64,000 nucleotides of DNA, taken from assembly GCA_028534125.1 (NCBI GenBank), contig CM052817.1, positions 33,792,001 through 33,856,000 on the forward strand, given 5' to 3'. Shown here one piece after another: positions 26,254-40,322 of this stretch. This DNA comes from Lama glama (Eukaryota). Under the pieces are notes generated by a model, which worked only from the letters and a program-made list of their open reading frames with translations, was not told the origin of the DNA and ran no database searches. The stretch's first letter is position 1. Each line of letters opens with the position of its first letter. The translations under genes and the position numbers were made by a program.

Positions 26254-26320
26254 CTTTGAAATCCTGCAAAAATGAATAACATTGATGAATATTCCAAATA
26301 AACAATAATAGCATGCCCCA

Positions 26321-26792
26321 TGTAGTAGACTGATTGCCTTCTTCACCCCAGTTCTTCACTCCTCTGTGGCGACATTCTTCCCTGAGAAATTTGCTGTGCG
26401 TTCCCATTCAGACCCTGCACTCAGTCATGTGACTTGGTTTAGCTAGTAACATATTAGCAAATGAGATGCAAGCAGAGGTGTGAAGAGAACTCGTGAACCT
26501 AGGCTTGCTCTTGCCCTTCACCATCACCAAGAGAACATGTCAGGCTAGTCTACTGGAGGATGAGAACCACAAGGAGAACAGTGGAATTGCCCTAGTCTCC
26601 CAGCCAAGGTCTCCTAGACCTGGTGACAGCCAGCCAGCCACTACACCTAGGAGGAAGCCCAGAGAAGACCAGAAGAGCTGCCCAGCCAAGCACAGTCCAA
26701 ATTGCCTACTCATGACTTAAATAAGTGTGTATTTTTGTATGCAATGAGTTGTTTGTCACGGAACATTATTGTGGCACTAGGTACTTGATATC
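26321..26792 (+). mobile_element. MLT1H-like solo LTR with 5-bp TSD
   Basis: tgtagtagactgattg...catgtgacttggtttagc...cagaagagctgcccagccaagc...ttattgtggcactaggtacttgata; CCCCA on both sides (26316-26320, 26793-26797). Confidence 0.8.
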
Positions 26793-26969
26793 CCCCATTG
26801 GGAGACCTTAGTCAATAATAATATTCATTATAATAATAATTACAATAAAATATGCACCAAATTTTCAAATACCATCTCCTTAGGCAATTTCAAACAACAC
26901 TTCTCATCTTCATGTTTCATGTTGCACTGGGAGCCACAAAAGGGCTTTAACTTAAGATAGGGCTTAGTC

Positions 26970-27109
26970 GGGGCAGGGTATATAGCTCAGGGGTAGAATG
27001 TGTGCCTAGCATGCCCAAAGACCTAGGTTCAATCCCTTGCATCTCCATCAAAATAAATGAATAAAAACCAAATTACCTCCCCCTTAAAGAAAAAAGAAAA
27101 AAAAAAAGA
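26970..27109 (+). mobile_element. Camelid tRNA-Ala-derived SINE (Vic-1-like), full length
   Basis: A-box tagctcaggggtagaa, B-box ggttcaatccc, tail aaattacctcccc plus poly-A. TSD agggcttagtc / agggcttactc. Confidence 0.9.
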
Positions 27110-29383
27110 AGGGCTTACTCACTGGCTTTAATAGAAGACAAAGATGGCGGAGGAAGTCCTCCTGCCCAAGATCACTCAACCAGGTTCTGTTACCAAGAGA
27201 GCTGGATTCAACCACTCAAGAATTCTACTGAACATGTCTGACCTCCCCCATTTCCCAAAATGAAAGCTCCGGTTCCTGCCCATTCTTCTGGACCTACCTC
27301 AATTTTCATAAAAGTTCCTGTGGGATATCAGTTTGAATAATTAGAATCGACATTTTGCTTGCAAGCAAAACAGAGAGGCCCTTTCCTCAGGAAACCACAA
27401 TGACACAAATATCCTCTGAGTACATGTTGTCCTCCAAATAACCCGATTTGTTTTCCCTAAATTTGCATTTTCATTTGATCATTAAAGATGAGTTTGTCTT
27501 TGTAATAGGAGACTTGTGATTCCCTAGACTAGTCTAGTCTGTCCTGTTGATTATCACAGCAAGGTCCTGGGGCCGTTTGCTCAGTGAACATTCAGTTTCC
27601 AGGGGCTACCAGTTCTTTAACAAAAGATGCCCCCCAAATTAGTGCTCACTTCAGCAATCAATGGTAAGCAGTGATGTCACACATATCTCATATAAGTGTC
27701 CTATCATGGCTTATGACTCTGAAAGAAGGCAAATTTATCTGGGCACCTTCTCTGTAGCGGGTATGCTGGGAATAAGACCCAATCCCTGCCATCCAAGAGG
27801 AGTTATTCTGCAATTGTTTGATGTGTTTGTCTCTGCAACCCCAAGGAAGGGGTCAATATTTCAGCTCTTTGATGACTTAATTTAAGTAGCATGCTGGGAT
27901 TTTACCCACTCCTTACAAAATTTTCTTTGATTTCTTTTTTTGACAGCTTGCTCTCATTTGTGTCTTCTGATGCTTTATTTTGAGTTGTTTTGGAGTTTGC
28001 ATTTGGTACAGGCAGGTATCCAATAAAAATCTTCATTAAATGAATGTAGAAACAATCAGAGTTTTTAAATGCTTCAAAATGATGGATGGTCAATTGGTTT
28101 GATAGAATTCATAGGAGAAAATTACATGTGTTGGTTTGTGTGCACACCGAAATACTTACAAGAATCTCAACTAATATATATTTTTAAGAACATAAGTACT
28201 TTTCCAGCTAAGGATCTTAGGTTGACTTGAATCAAATTTGACTTACATTTTCTCCAGTGCTTAAAGCTTGGTTTGAAGCTTAAATACTTGGGTTCAAAGT
28301 ATTTCAGCTTTTAACGAAAATCCTTTGGATTCCATCAAAATGGTAGATTAAGTATGCTTACCCCAATCCCCTGCTTCACAAAATGGGCTGCAAATCTATT
28401 TTAGTAAATGTTTTACATAAGCCCTTTCTTGAGAAATGGTTAGTAAGTAAATTTAAGATAATCTATTCTAGTTAGAAAAACAAAACATTTCTGAATGCAT
28501 TTCAACTAAGATTTGTTTTATTAAGGGTATTTTTCAGTAACCTTGAAACCATTCAAATTACACAGAAATAAAATTGTTTAAAAAAAATTTTTGCCTTACT
28601 GGTGCACTTAAGTTTTCTTCTTTTTCTTTCATATGTTAGTTATCACATGTCTTCATGTGTTATGAATTTATTAGTTTTAAAGAATACTTATGACGCGAGA
28701 GCTCATTGTTACATTATCACCAATACTTGTGACCACAGAATGACACACACATACATTATTCATGGTTTTGTTTAGGGTTAGATTCTTTTTACTCTAAGTG
28801 ACTGATCTATTCAGTCTAAAAGAGCTCATAAAGGGTTTTAAGATTCATCTGTATCAATATTCCTTGATTATGGATACAATTCATCATGCATTCTAAGTCT
28901 GTTTTCTACTCTTGGGAAGACCAATGGGGTGGGTTATCATATAGAATAATATAATTATAGTATTGTAGAGCTGGAAAGAACTCAATGTAATCTTCATTTC
29001 ACACAGGCAATGATTGGGCTTATAGTTTGAGTGATATGTTCACTCTTCTAACCTTATATACAAAGGTAATTTCAGAATTGTTGCACCTCGAGATGGCAGT
29101 TGGGGTAACTTATACATAATTATCCCCAGTGAGTCTTTTATCAACCTGTCCTCTTCCCAGAATGCAGTACAAGAGTGAACTACCAGGCTGCCCACAGGAG
29201 ATATAGATGGGTAATATGTTTGATGTGAAACTATGGTGTCTTCTCCATCACTCATATAACACACATGATGCTGAGAGCTCACACCCGAAACCAAAGCATC
29301 AGGAACGAGATGACCAGAAGGGAATGAAGAACAGTTCTATAGGGGATAGCATGCCAATTTTACTCTTGCAAATATTAACTTAG

Positions 29384-29735
29384 TGCTAGGCACTGAATGT
29401 TTGTGTCCCCTCAAAATCCCTATGTTGAATCCTAACCTCCAAAGTGATGGTATTTGGAGGTGTGGATTTTAGTGTTTAGATCATGAGGGTGGAGCCCTTA
29501 TGAGTGGAATTAGTCCTGCTATTAGTCCTCTTTTATATGGTTATAAAAGAGACCCCAAGAATTCCCTCTCACCCTCTGCCCTATGAGGACACAGGGAGGG
29601 AAAAGAGGGTATCTATGAACCAGAAAGCAGGCTCTCACCAGACCCAGGCTCCAGAACCATGAGAAATAAGTGTTTGATGTTCAAGCCCTCCCATCCATAG
29701 TAGTTTCGTTACAGCAACCCAAACAGACTAAGATA
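29384..29735 (+). mobile_element. MLT1A0-like solo LTR
   Basis: tgct...ctgaatgtttgtgtcccctcaaaatccctatgttgaa...gatcatgagggtggagccct...gttacagcaacccaaacagactaagata. TSD cttag / cttat. Confidence 0.85.
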
Positions 29736-30034
29736 CTTATGAATCAAATTTTTGCTAGAATTGACAGGTGGTAGTTTCTCAGAGACAGAGGGTTTCACAA
29801 CCACCTGCCACCCAAGACCAGATGTATAAATGGCACAGACATGTCTAAGGCTTGTGAGTCTCTTGACTGAGATGGTGACACATGGGCTGGATGAGATTCC
29901 TGGCTTGTGATCAATTCTGGTAACATGGCAAAACTTGCCGGTTGGTAATTAGGAAAAGCTTCTTGAAAAGTAAATTCCCTATTGAAAATTACCAGTGTTC
30001 AGGTGATTAGTTGAATCTGTTTCTTGGGTTTGAG

Positions 30035-30480
30035 GAGACAATGGAGAATAGCAGGAAGGACCCAGACTTTAGAGGGAGACAAACCTGGATTTGAACTTCG
30101 CTCTACTGCATGGTAGCTATGTGACTCCTCTGTAAAATGAGGTAATGAGACTGTCCTTGCAATATGATTTTAAGAATTAGATGCCGGTGCATTTAAGATA
30201 AATAAATACCCAATGAGTCACAGTTACTAACTTTCCTCCATCCATGTGAAGGAGGACAATGATGTATAATGATCTTTATTCCTTATTAGATGCCAGGCAA
30301 AAACTTTATAAACTCTCTTTTCGAATCTTTATAACAATCCTTAGACTCAGGTATTATTGATATTTTTTATAAACAGGAAACGTAGATTCAGTAAGGTAGC
30401 CTATCAAAGTCACCTGGAAAGTGAGCTGCAGAGGAGGGGTTCAAATCCAGATCTGTCCCCCTTTTCACTGGTACCCTACA
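30035..30480. mobile_element. Two MIR fragments, tail to tail (+ ~30035-30230, - ~30255-30480)
   Basis: acaaacctggatttgaacttcgctctactg...tctgtaaaatgagg; then ataacaatcctt...aggtattattg...ggttcaaatccagatctgtc. Confidence 0.6.
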
Positions 30481-33400
30481 TTCTCTCCCCACTTCCTTTG
30501 TGAGATCCTGATTCCACTCCATAGATGGTCATTCTTTCCATGTCTGTTAAGGCTGAAAGAGAAGCCGTGATTAACTAATGAAGATGATTTAAAAATACCA
30601 GAATTAATTCTGAAATGCCTGCGAGGGGGAAAAGTACTAATTTCTGCAGTTTGACTGGGGACCCTCAGGAACCCAGGTGTAACTAGAAGGCAGTGAGACA
30701 GATGTTTGACTTTTAGCTTAAACAGTGGAATTTTTAGTGCTCTGTGTTTGTTTTAGAACATATTTTATAGCAGTTGCTGTTGAAATGATGGGAAGATAGA
30801 AATCTCTTTTAGCATTTGAAAGTCCTTTTTTTTCATTTTCTTTGGAGTGGCAATGTTACGACTGGCTTCAGAAGATGAAGTTTTTAAGACATGAGTGCTA
30901 ACTTCCGACGTCAGCTGATTTCCTTTAGCTCTGCTATAGTAAAATTCGGGTAAACACAATTTTATTCCATGCCTTCCATTAGCAAGGTCAAAAGATTACA
31001 ACATACAAGGCCATGTTCCTTTCAGTCTAACAAAGCATTTAGCCGGGATTACACTTACTGTCTTGGAATTTTCTTGCTTCTTAAAGTTTGTTCTGATTTC
31101 CTTGGTTGAGGCTGTCTAGTGACTCTTTGTTACCTGAACTTGTAGCTAGAGATAGTGGTTAAAGGGCAGCCTGAAGACACTCTCTTCTGTGCTGGGCTCC
31201 TGCAGGTCTCGGGGTGCTAAAATTTGGGCAATGATCTTATAGCAAAAATACTTAAGGCCTAATTTGTAGACTAGCATGCCGATGGTAGCATTGTAGCACT
31301 GAACTTGTTACATTGCTGATTTGTCCTTTTGTTAACATTACTCTATCTGGAAAGACAAATAACAGTTAATCCATCAACAAATGTTTTAGGAATGTATCTC
31401 CCACACTATGGACACCGTGGCAGTTACATGGAGGTGTAGTATAGTGGAATGAGCAAGGGTTCCTGGAGAAGAAAGCTCAAGTCTGCTGCTGACGGCGGTG
31501 ATGATGATGAATGATGATGACAGTGGGGATGTTAATGGTGGTGATTATCAATGACTGAGCATCTTTCATGTATCAGAATCAAGAATCAGCCTAAATTGTT
31601 TCTAAAACCCCTACTCTTTCTAACATGCCCCCACTTCCTTGTAACAAGCACAGTTCTATAGCATGGTAGATATTCTGTAGGTAGTTCACTTCAATGTCCC
31701 ATTGCTAGGAAGTAACAGGGTTGGGGACACCAGTGATGTGACATCAGACATGTAAATTAAGTCCCTTCACCTCTCTAAGCTTTGTTTTTCTAAGAATAAT
31801 TATACCTATGAGGTATCAAAGGGTAGAGGCTTATACAAAGTACCAGAAGCCTGGAAGACATTTCATAATTGGTAGTAATTATTAATATTATTACTATTAT
31901 TAGACAGAGCCTTGCCCTCTAAGAAGCCTCAGTGACATGGAAGGGAGTTTTAAGAAGAATACGATCATCAGTAAGTACCCAAAACTTCAGGATAGTAAGA
32001 ACGGGTAATAATATGTTGTTACCATGGAGTTACTGGAAAAGGAACTCAGATAGGTCATGAGGCTGGGCATGAGGAACTAATGGAAATTCATACACTTCTT
32101 CCCTGTGCATACAGTGCACAAGTCAAGGCCATGCATCATGCTCTTTTTCACTGATTCCACGTTGGGACTGCGCTAACACGGATTTCCTGAACTTCATCTC
32201 CCTTGTCCTTGGGTAGCTATGTTTACATCCCTGTGGCAAACTCAGATCCATTGTTCCCGTCATCCCGTTCTCCTGAAGCTGCCCTCCACGCCACAGCTTC
32301 CCTTCTGCCTAGGTGAGGCTGATTATGTTCCCAGGGACGCTTTCCCCAACCTTAGCCTCGGGATTTGTGAGTAGAAGGCACTAAAAAGTTATATTCTACT
32401 GATGGCTGCACAAGGAGATTGAACTGATGGGCACCTTCTCCTCTGTGACTTGCTGAACTGTGGTTGTCGTTAGCTTTGTTTTCTAGCTTGTTATCAGTGG
32501 ATAGAGAGGCAATAAAATGCTGCTCCATTTTGCAGAGACAATTGTTCCAGAGAATTTCAGTATTTGCTTTGGTCTTTGTTAGTTTGGGACAAATTTAAAT
32601 TATGTGAACAAATCTTCCTTCTCCAGAATATTTCGGTTTTTATGTTTTTCCCTTTGATTGCTCTCAGTCTGCATGAGAGCAGTGCTGGACCTCAGATGCC
32701 CTCTCATTGAGGCATCTCAAAGACCTTTACTGAAAAACATCTCAGAGGTGATTTTTAAATAATTAACTAATTAATTATCATATAGAGTTTAAAAAATAGG
32801 TAATACATATTTATGGTGGTTTTCAAATGAAACAAAAGGGTAAATAGTGAAAAGTAGGTCTCTTTTCCTGATTTTCTTTCCCATTTTTTTTTTTTACAAT
32901 AAATGGGTGGCATAATACGATCCAATCTGAATGTAGATGAAATTTGAGGTTTTTTATTATGATAAATGAATATTTCTACTTGATCAAAGCTGTAAATTTA
33001 CAGACAAAGAATGACACCTGCAACTAAACATGTTATTATCAACAACCACAGAAGCAATACATAGAGAAGGAGATCAAAGAAAAGTAAATGGAGAATCCAT
33101 GGAAGGTGAGTGGAGCAAGACACTCACTCTTGACATGACTGCTTGAGACCCACTTTGTCATTTCCAAGTCACCATGTGACTAGCTGATGGACAGACTTTT
33201 TAGGGAATTTCAGGGTGAAATGTAAAATGGAAGTTGTCTCTTCCCCCAACTAACTCTTCAAAAAACCCACCTCTTGTGTCCACCTTACTAGAATAATTCT
33301 TAAGGGCAGCCAAAGTCCTCTGCTCTAGCTTTGCAAAATAACTTCAAAAATTATTTGGAGGAAAAGATGAAATCTGTATGGTCATCTTAGAGTTCAAGAA

Positions 33401-33530
33401 AAGTTTCCTATTTCCCTGGCCATCCTGACATTCTTATTACTTTTCAGCATGAAACTAAGGACAGAAGAATCTTAGGTGTTTACCCTAAGGTGTTACCCTT
33501 AAGTGTTTCTTCCAAATACCAATTCCCATT

Positions 33531-33597
33531 AAAAAGAAAAAAAGAAAAAAAAAAAGAGAGAGAGAAAAAAAAAAAAACAGAAACAAACAAATGAAAA
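33531..33597. repeat. A/GA-rich low-complexity tract
   Basis: aaaaagaaaaaaagaaaaaaaaaaagagagagagaaaaaaaaaaaaacagaaac seen directly. Confidence 0.85.
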
Positions 33598-35916
33598 CTC
33601 CAAAAGTCCAAGGAAAGCCTCAAGAGGACGTCTGTGGCCCTAGGCGGCTCTCAACTTTCTTCATAAGCCTGATTTCCTTGGGTCTGCTGGGTTTGGCCTA
33701 GAATAAATACAAATCATTCTTTTCTCACGACTTCTGCTTTTCGTTCCCTACCCAAGAGTATTATGACCAATGTGGTCATTGGAAGATCAATTAAGCATCT
33801 CAAGAAAAGATACTGTTTCAAAGTTAAAATATTTCACACATGGATTATAAACGATAAATTCTACCTCTACCCCACTTCCACCCTTTTCACTCTCCTTATA
33901 GCCTCTAGGCTTTGAAGCTTTTCTCCAATTAAACTAACAAATCAACATGTTAGGAATGGATTTAATCTTGGGCCAACCAGAACCAAGATTTAATCATTAT
34001 GAATTAACTAATTAATACTATAATTAACCATGTCTGTTCCAATGACTATTCTACAACAGTAAATAAATGATGCCGTATGTATTTGTCAGATGAGTTAGTC
34101 TCTCCAATTCTCCACTCTCTTCTCCATAACCTAGTCCTTCTTTTTTTCCCATTTAATTTCTAAATTTACTTAAAATTATGTACCACAGCAAGTGACTCAT
34201 CACAGGAGAATCTGCCTCTCCAGCAGTATGTAGTCCCTGGCATATAAATTTCATTTAAGGACTGATTCTAGGTTTCTTGAGGCCAGGCTCTGCGTCTTAT
34301 ATCATGTTATATCTGCAGCTCCTAACGTGCTACTGACAACTGAGTGAGTTTGTAGTTGGAGGAACAGATCAAGCAGGAGTGGATGAGCGGGTTGATGAGA
34401 AGGATGCTATGAAATTTGAACTTGGTATATGAAATAAAAGGTTCAAAAGTTTAGGAAGGTCAAGGGCATTATAGACCTCAAAGATAATCATAAAGATTAA
34501 AACAGCAGCTGGGAGATAATGTATCCAGATTCCTTGGAAAAGTGAAGACCACAGCAAATCATTAGAAGTTTCTAACACTTTTTTAAGTTAGAGGACTAAA
34601 ATCGTGTATTGCTTCTTTCCAATGTCAGTTGTGAAAATCAGTCTACCTTCCAGACATGCTTGGAATATATGAGTTGCCCATCTGCCTTTTTTGCTATTTC
34701 TTGAGAAAGATTATGCTCAGAATCATTAGAAAAGTAATTCCCTCTTGATTTTTCAAGAAAATCCCAGATGTGACCTGCACATTGATAACGGAGAATTTAG
34801 TTTGCTGGCAAGAGCTGAATTGGATTTTGGTTGTATTTTTTAAGTAGAGTTGCTATAGTTTCTTTTTTTCAAGGACAAATTCAAATATCTTCTTTCCTCT
34901 TGTCCATGACTGTTTCTCTGATGGGAAACTCCATTGGAATAGAAATAGATTTAAGGTGGCAAAAAAGTCCAATTGACAAATATTTTTTAAAAACCCACTG
35001 GTGAGATCAAAGTATCAAATTCAACTCTGAAAAAGTATTCCTGGAAATGTAGGATCAATTCCCTAATCTCTCTCTCAATAATAGTACCTGAGAGAGGCTG
35101 AGCAAGGATGCAAATCAGATACTGGAAATCAAGTTACTTTGTTTAAAATGACCAATTCCACAGTGGAATTTAATCACATGAACCCTGGCATTATTTAAAC
35201 ACCAGACCACATGATCCAATGGCACAAACTGTCAACCGTGTACTTTCCGGCACCTGTGAAGATTGCCTGGATGTTGCTTTGCGCTGAAGTAATGATTATA
35301 AATTTCAACTGGTTAATACAAGAGATGGGCCTTATTTGTTAAAGTAACTTGTGTGAGAAAAGGAAATTGTTATGAAATACATGTTGTCACATACATTTAC
35401 ATTTAGACCAACAGTGGGCTCTGGATGTGAGCCTGGGACAGTATTAATACATTCTCTTTAACATGAGTGAAACCTATGAAGTAAAAACTTTTGCCCAGGA
35501 GATAAACTTCTGAAATAACCCCCAAAGTAAATATAAAATAACCACTATAGAAACAAGAGTGCGATGATATTTAAACTTCTCTTCTGAAATAGTTGATAGA
35601 ATTCAAAGGAAATAATGGCACCTCAGGGACTTTAGGAAAAATATGCATATTAAGAAAAACAGGAGGGGAATTTGCAAACAGGGAAATAGTCATGTTGGGC
35701 TGGTAGGATCATGGATGGGTTTTGCTCTCTCTTATTCCCTCCAATTTTATAAACTGTTGAAACAAAAAGAAAATGTCTGAATTGTGCTCTTAGTTCCAGA
35801 GTATGATTGATAGAGTTAGAATGCTCTGGGCATCTGTTTGTTCCCTGTAATGGTCTACTGTTTTCAGAAGTTATTTTGGGTTTTTTATTAAGACCTGGAG
35901 GAAAGAAGAAGGGGTC

Positions 35917-35927
35917 TGTGTGTGTGT

Positions 35928-35961
<34 letters not shown>

Positions 35962-35980
35962 TGGGTGGGTGTGGGTGTGT
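35917..35980. repeat. (TG)n microsatellite, perfect (GT)14 core at 35931-35958
   Basis: Seen directly. Confidence 0.95.
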
Positions 35981-38492
35981 ACAGTTCAGTCTTATCAAGC
36001 TGTCCTTTTTTGCTGCATGAAAGAACATTTTCTTTGTCCATATTCTCTTTCTCTCCTTTGATGCCTATTCTCTAGGACAACTTGCTGAAAAACAATCTCC
36101 AGTCAACAAAAGATCCCCTGGGTAGAAGGCATTATGTTTTCCTATTCTATGTCATTGTCTCTACTGTAAAAACAATATTATATTCTGCAGAAAAACACAT
36201 GATGGTTACACACTTCAGCAAACTTTATAGGTTAAGATAACTTTAAACTTAGTAGGTTAAGATAATTTTCAAGTCATTGCCAAAATGCAATAAAAATACA
36301 GCACTTTGTTCTCTACCAATAGTCATTCTAAGATAGTAAATTATAGCCTTATATTTAAAGATAACATTGAGAGAGAAGATTAACAGTGAACAGTGGAGGA
36401 GGTGGGGAAGTATGTATTCAAGACTTTGCTACTCTTAGTCTCCCAGCAGGTTTCAGATTCAGTTTCCCCATCTGTGCAATGGCCAAAATGTTCTTTACCT
36501 GACTCTGAGGACTGACGTGAAAATGCTCTACAAGAACCGGCTGTTTTCATAGTTTTGTGTAGGGTTTTTGTGGTTTTGTTGTTGTTGTTTTGGGTTTTTT
36601 GATTTGTTTATTTGTTTTTGTCTCTCAGCAAACCACAAGAAGTAATTTTCCACTCTCTTCAAGAACAGGTCCTGCTCATCTTAACTCACTCTAGCATATA
36701 TCCTAGCCTAGAAAATGAAAGATTTCATGCTCCCCTGTCCTAGGACTCAAAGACGTGGACCTATATGCAATCAGAGGCCTCTTAAGCTATGAAGAGCATT
36801 ATTTCCAGTGAATCACGGTGCTCGGTGAAGCCAGAGGGACCCTCCAAAGCCACTGTCTCAGGCACTAAGTCTTTCCAAATGAGAGCTCCTTGCTGGCACT
36901 GGGGTTGAATCACTCTCTCGCAGTAACCTTCCATCCACCAAAATGTCTCTGGAGAACCTCAGTTTATTGTCATCTGTGGAAAATAGGAAGCCTGCACAAA
37001 GCTTTCTAAATCCCTAATTCACTTGGTAGGATCTTGAAACCAGTCATGGCTGAGGGCAGAAATGGGGGGAAATGAACCCCAGGCTGACTTAGGAAATATA
37101 TGAGCTAGCACTTGCCTTGACATCCAGCTTCTTTATGGTCTGTCTTTTTCATTTGCCATATTTTCCCTTAAGCATTTTGATGGGATTTTGCAGTTGTTCA
37201 CAAGAAAAGGTATGGATTTCAGGGTATGACTTCCTTCCCTTCAAGGATACAGCAATAGAAACACAGGGAGTTCTTGGTCTATCCACAGGACAGAGGAAAA
37301 ATTCTAGTGGTCTCTGAATGATCGGCTGAGGAGCTGGGAGGCAGGCATTTCGCTGTGGGAACAGGGAGGCCTGGGCACAGGATGAGGAGAAGGAAGCCAT
37401 GTAGACTGGGTGGGGCGCCTTCAGGAAGGGCTTGTAAACCAGAGTCTGAGAACTGTCTCCACTGAAAAACAGAATGAAACAAGCAGAAGCAAAACAGTGA
37501 ATGAAGATTTGGTTGACGGTTGGGACTGAGTTGTTTTAAGCTTGGGGCAATATTAAATTCTTAATAATCTCATTGGGTTGTTAGGTTGCTGAAGGAGCCG
37601 ACACACCAAATTTTCTCCATTAAAAGTGGGCAAAACAGATCCATTTCTGCCTGCAGGAAACATATGGGGGAGTAGATATTAATCTTGTAGTTACCCAGAC
37701 TGATAATGGTTATAGGAGAAGTACCACAGATGACAGAAAACCGCAGGGAGCTCAGAGAACATCCACGGATCTCACCACAACTGTTGTAGCTGTGGGTCTG
37801 TAAAAGATTTCCTGACGTGGAGACCTTTGGGCTGAGACCAGCAGGCTGAGGTACGAGAGAACGAGAAGCATCTCTGTGAGCTGTAGGGACAGCCAGAGTC
37901 CTCAGAAGATGGCCTTAAAGGGACAATTCTGTGATGAGGAGAGGGTGTTGGAGAGAAGCTTTTGTTATGGATTGCAGGTTCCTGAGGACCAGGTGGGAAA
38001 GTTTGGAAGAGAAGGAAATCATGAGAGGCTGAGTGAAGGCTTGCTCCCCTCCAGCCCACTTCCCTACACGGGATTGATGAAGTAATCCATTCTCTGAATT
38101 CACCACACTGTTCCAAAGTGGATCCTGAATTTCTCATCTTTTGACTTTAACACAACCTGAACTTTTGTCAGAAAGAACTAGAAACCCTTAAAAGTAACTG
38201 TGAATACCCAGAGGAGTCTTAACAGAGAATCTTGGGGAACTTGGGAAATGGAAAAAAATCAACCAAAAAGCTCCTTCTCAGGGGCTGCTGAGGAAGAGGG
38301 ATTTGGGATAGAGGGTCTACTGCCTTATGCTGCCGGAAAAGGGAGCAAGTGACTGTTCCGTTTGGGAATGAAAAACCTCTAGGTTAGAAAGAGGAATCTC
38401 AGATTGACTCAGTCACTCAGATGGAAGGCATTTCATGGTTTGGCAGTCTGGACGTTTTCTGCCTTATCTGGTTTTCAAAGAAGCATCTAGTC

Positions 38493-38826
38493 CTGCTCAT
38501 TCCAGAATGGTAGCCACTAGGCACAGATGGCTACTGAGCACTTGAAATGTGGCTCGTCCAAATCGAGATATGCTATAGGTCTAAAATACACACTGGAGTT
38601 CAAAGACTTAATATGGGAAAAAAAAGCATGCAAAAAGATCTTATTAAGAATCTTTATTGACTACTCTGTGAAATGATGATGTCCTGGATATACTGGATTC
38701 AGTAAAATACATGATTAAAATTAATTTCTCCTCTTTCTTTTTCCTTTTCTTAGATGTGTGGGTCTTAGAAAGTTTAGAATGGCGTGGTCACACCTGTGAA
38801 CACTAAGTTTCTATTGGACAGCACTG
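38493..38826 (-). mobile_element. MER33 (hAT-Charlie MITE), near full length with 8-bp TSD
   Basis: ggtagccactaggcacagatggctactgagcacttgaaatgtggct...tttctattggacagcactg. TSD atctagtc (38485-38492) / gtctagtc (38827-38834), close to the hAT nTCTAGAn preference. Confidence 0.85.
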
Positions 38827-39629
38827 GTCTAGTCAGACAGACCATCACCTTCCCCATCTCATCTCGCCTCCCAGATAGCAACTTTACCCACCACAGCAAC
38901 ATAACGCAGATGATCAGTTCTGGAAGAGAAGTACCACGTGATTCCATTATTCGTTTCAATACGCTGCGTTTCCCCCACCTCAACAATCTGAGACAGGGTG
39001 AAAAATACATGTGGCCTGTCTAAACCGTAGGCTTAAGCATCTGCTTCCTTGACGTTCCTGTTGATGGAGGGAGGGGTCTGCTGCTGTTCTGTCTGCTCCC
39101 CTGAGCTCTTCATCTGCCTGGCATGCCTGACACCAATGCATTGAGAATTGTTTCTGCCTGCGCTGCCTTTCACAGATGTAGCTTTGGGGAAGGACCTGCA
39201 ACAGTTCTCAGAGCATCAGGGGAAAAGACATCGTCAATTTTCCCTTCCAAATGCAGTGTTTACAAGTGCAGCTGTGAAGGGCTCGCTTCCCCTCGGCACC
39301 TAGAGGCACATTCACCACCTTTGTTCTCCTTGAGACTGGAAAAGGCCTCTCCCAGGGGAATCTGCATTTTAAGATAGAATTCTTCAAAGCTCCAAAAGCC
39401 TGCAGTATGCAAAAAAAAAAAAAAAAAGAAAAAGACATTTAATGAGGTAATTTCAAACTTGATGGCAGAGAGTGAGGACAATTTTGCCCCCTGCTCCCTC
39501 TCCTTGTCAAGTCAGCCCGAGGAAACGTCTCAAGTTAATCTTAAAAATGAGCTATTGGAAATGGATTTGGAGTAGAATTCTAAAGGCATAGAGGGATCTG
39601 GCTTGAGAGAGAGGAGGTGAGATCCTTAG

Positions 39630-39870
39630 AGTAATAGCTAGCATTTATGTAGCCTTGTTACCAGCCTAGCTCTGCTGTAAGCATTAATTCACTTCCTCTT
39701 CATAACAGTCCTACAGGGTGAATGTAATTGCTATTTCCACTTTACAGAAGTGCAAACTGAGGCAAGGGGGCATTACACCCGTTTCTTAACACCATACGCT
39801 GATAAATGACAAGACTGCTTAGGGCCTCACCCCGGCCCACACTTGTATCCGCTATCCTTCACTGTCTCCC
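39630..39870 (-). mobile_element. MIR SINE
   Basis: taatagctagcatttatgtagc...cataacagtcctac...tttacagaagtgcaaactgaggc. Confidence 0.65.
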
Positions 39871-40139
39871 AGCGGGAAGGGAGTGCAGGAGAAGTCGGCA
39901 AGCTTGGCTTCATCTGTCTGTTAAATCAGCCAATGTAATCTTCCTGCAGATGAGTTCCAAAACTTTATGAGCCTGCAGACATTTTTTGTAGCCTCTGAAA
40001 TATTCATGATCCTTCCTACACTTAATGCAAGGGCTCCGAGGGCCTGGGCTTCCCTCAGCGTTGATGGAGAGCGTATTGCGTGGTCGATAACTTCCTATAT
40101 GTGGTATTTTAAACTGAGGCTCTCTAAAATATAAGTTTC

Positions 40140-40322
40140 AACTATACACCAAATAGATACATAGCAGGGTCCTACTCTACAGCACGGGGACCTACATTCA
40201 GTATCTTATAATAACTTATAATGGAAAATAATATATACATTAATGCATAACTGAATCACTTTGCAGTACACCAGAAATTAACACAACACTGTAAAGCAAC
40301 TGCACTTCAATAAATTAAGAAA

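Noticed and set aside
27524..27537. 14-bp perfect palindrome CTAGACTAGTCTAG containing one p53-type half-site
   Set aside because: A few palindromes of this length are expected by chance in 64 kb, and there is no second half-site.
33473..33512. Three imperfect ~13-14-bp repeats (taggtgtttaccc / taaggtgttaccc / ttaagtgtttc) as a CRISPR-like or telomeric array
   Set aside because: No spacers, too short and degenerate; simple slippage explains it.
33531..33597. Orphan poly-A as the tail of a processed pseudogene
   Set aside because: No upstream mRNA-like body or TSD could be identified.
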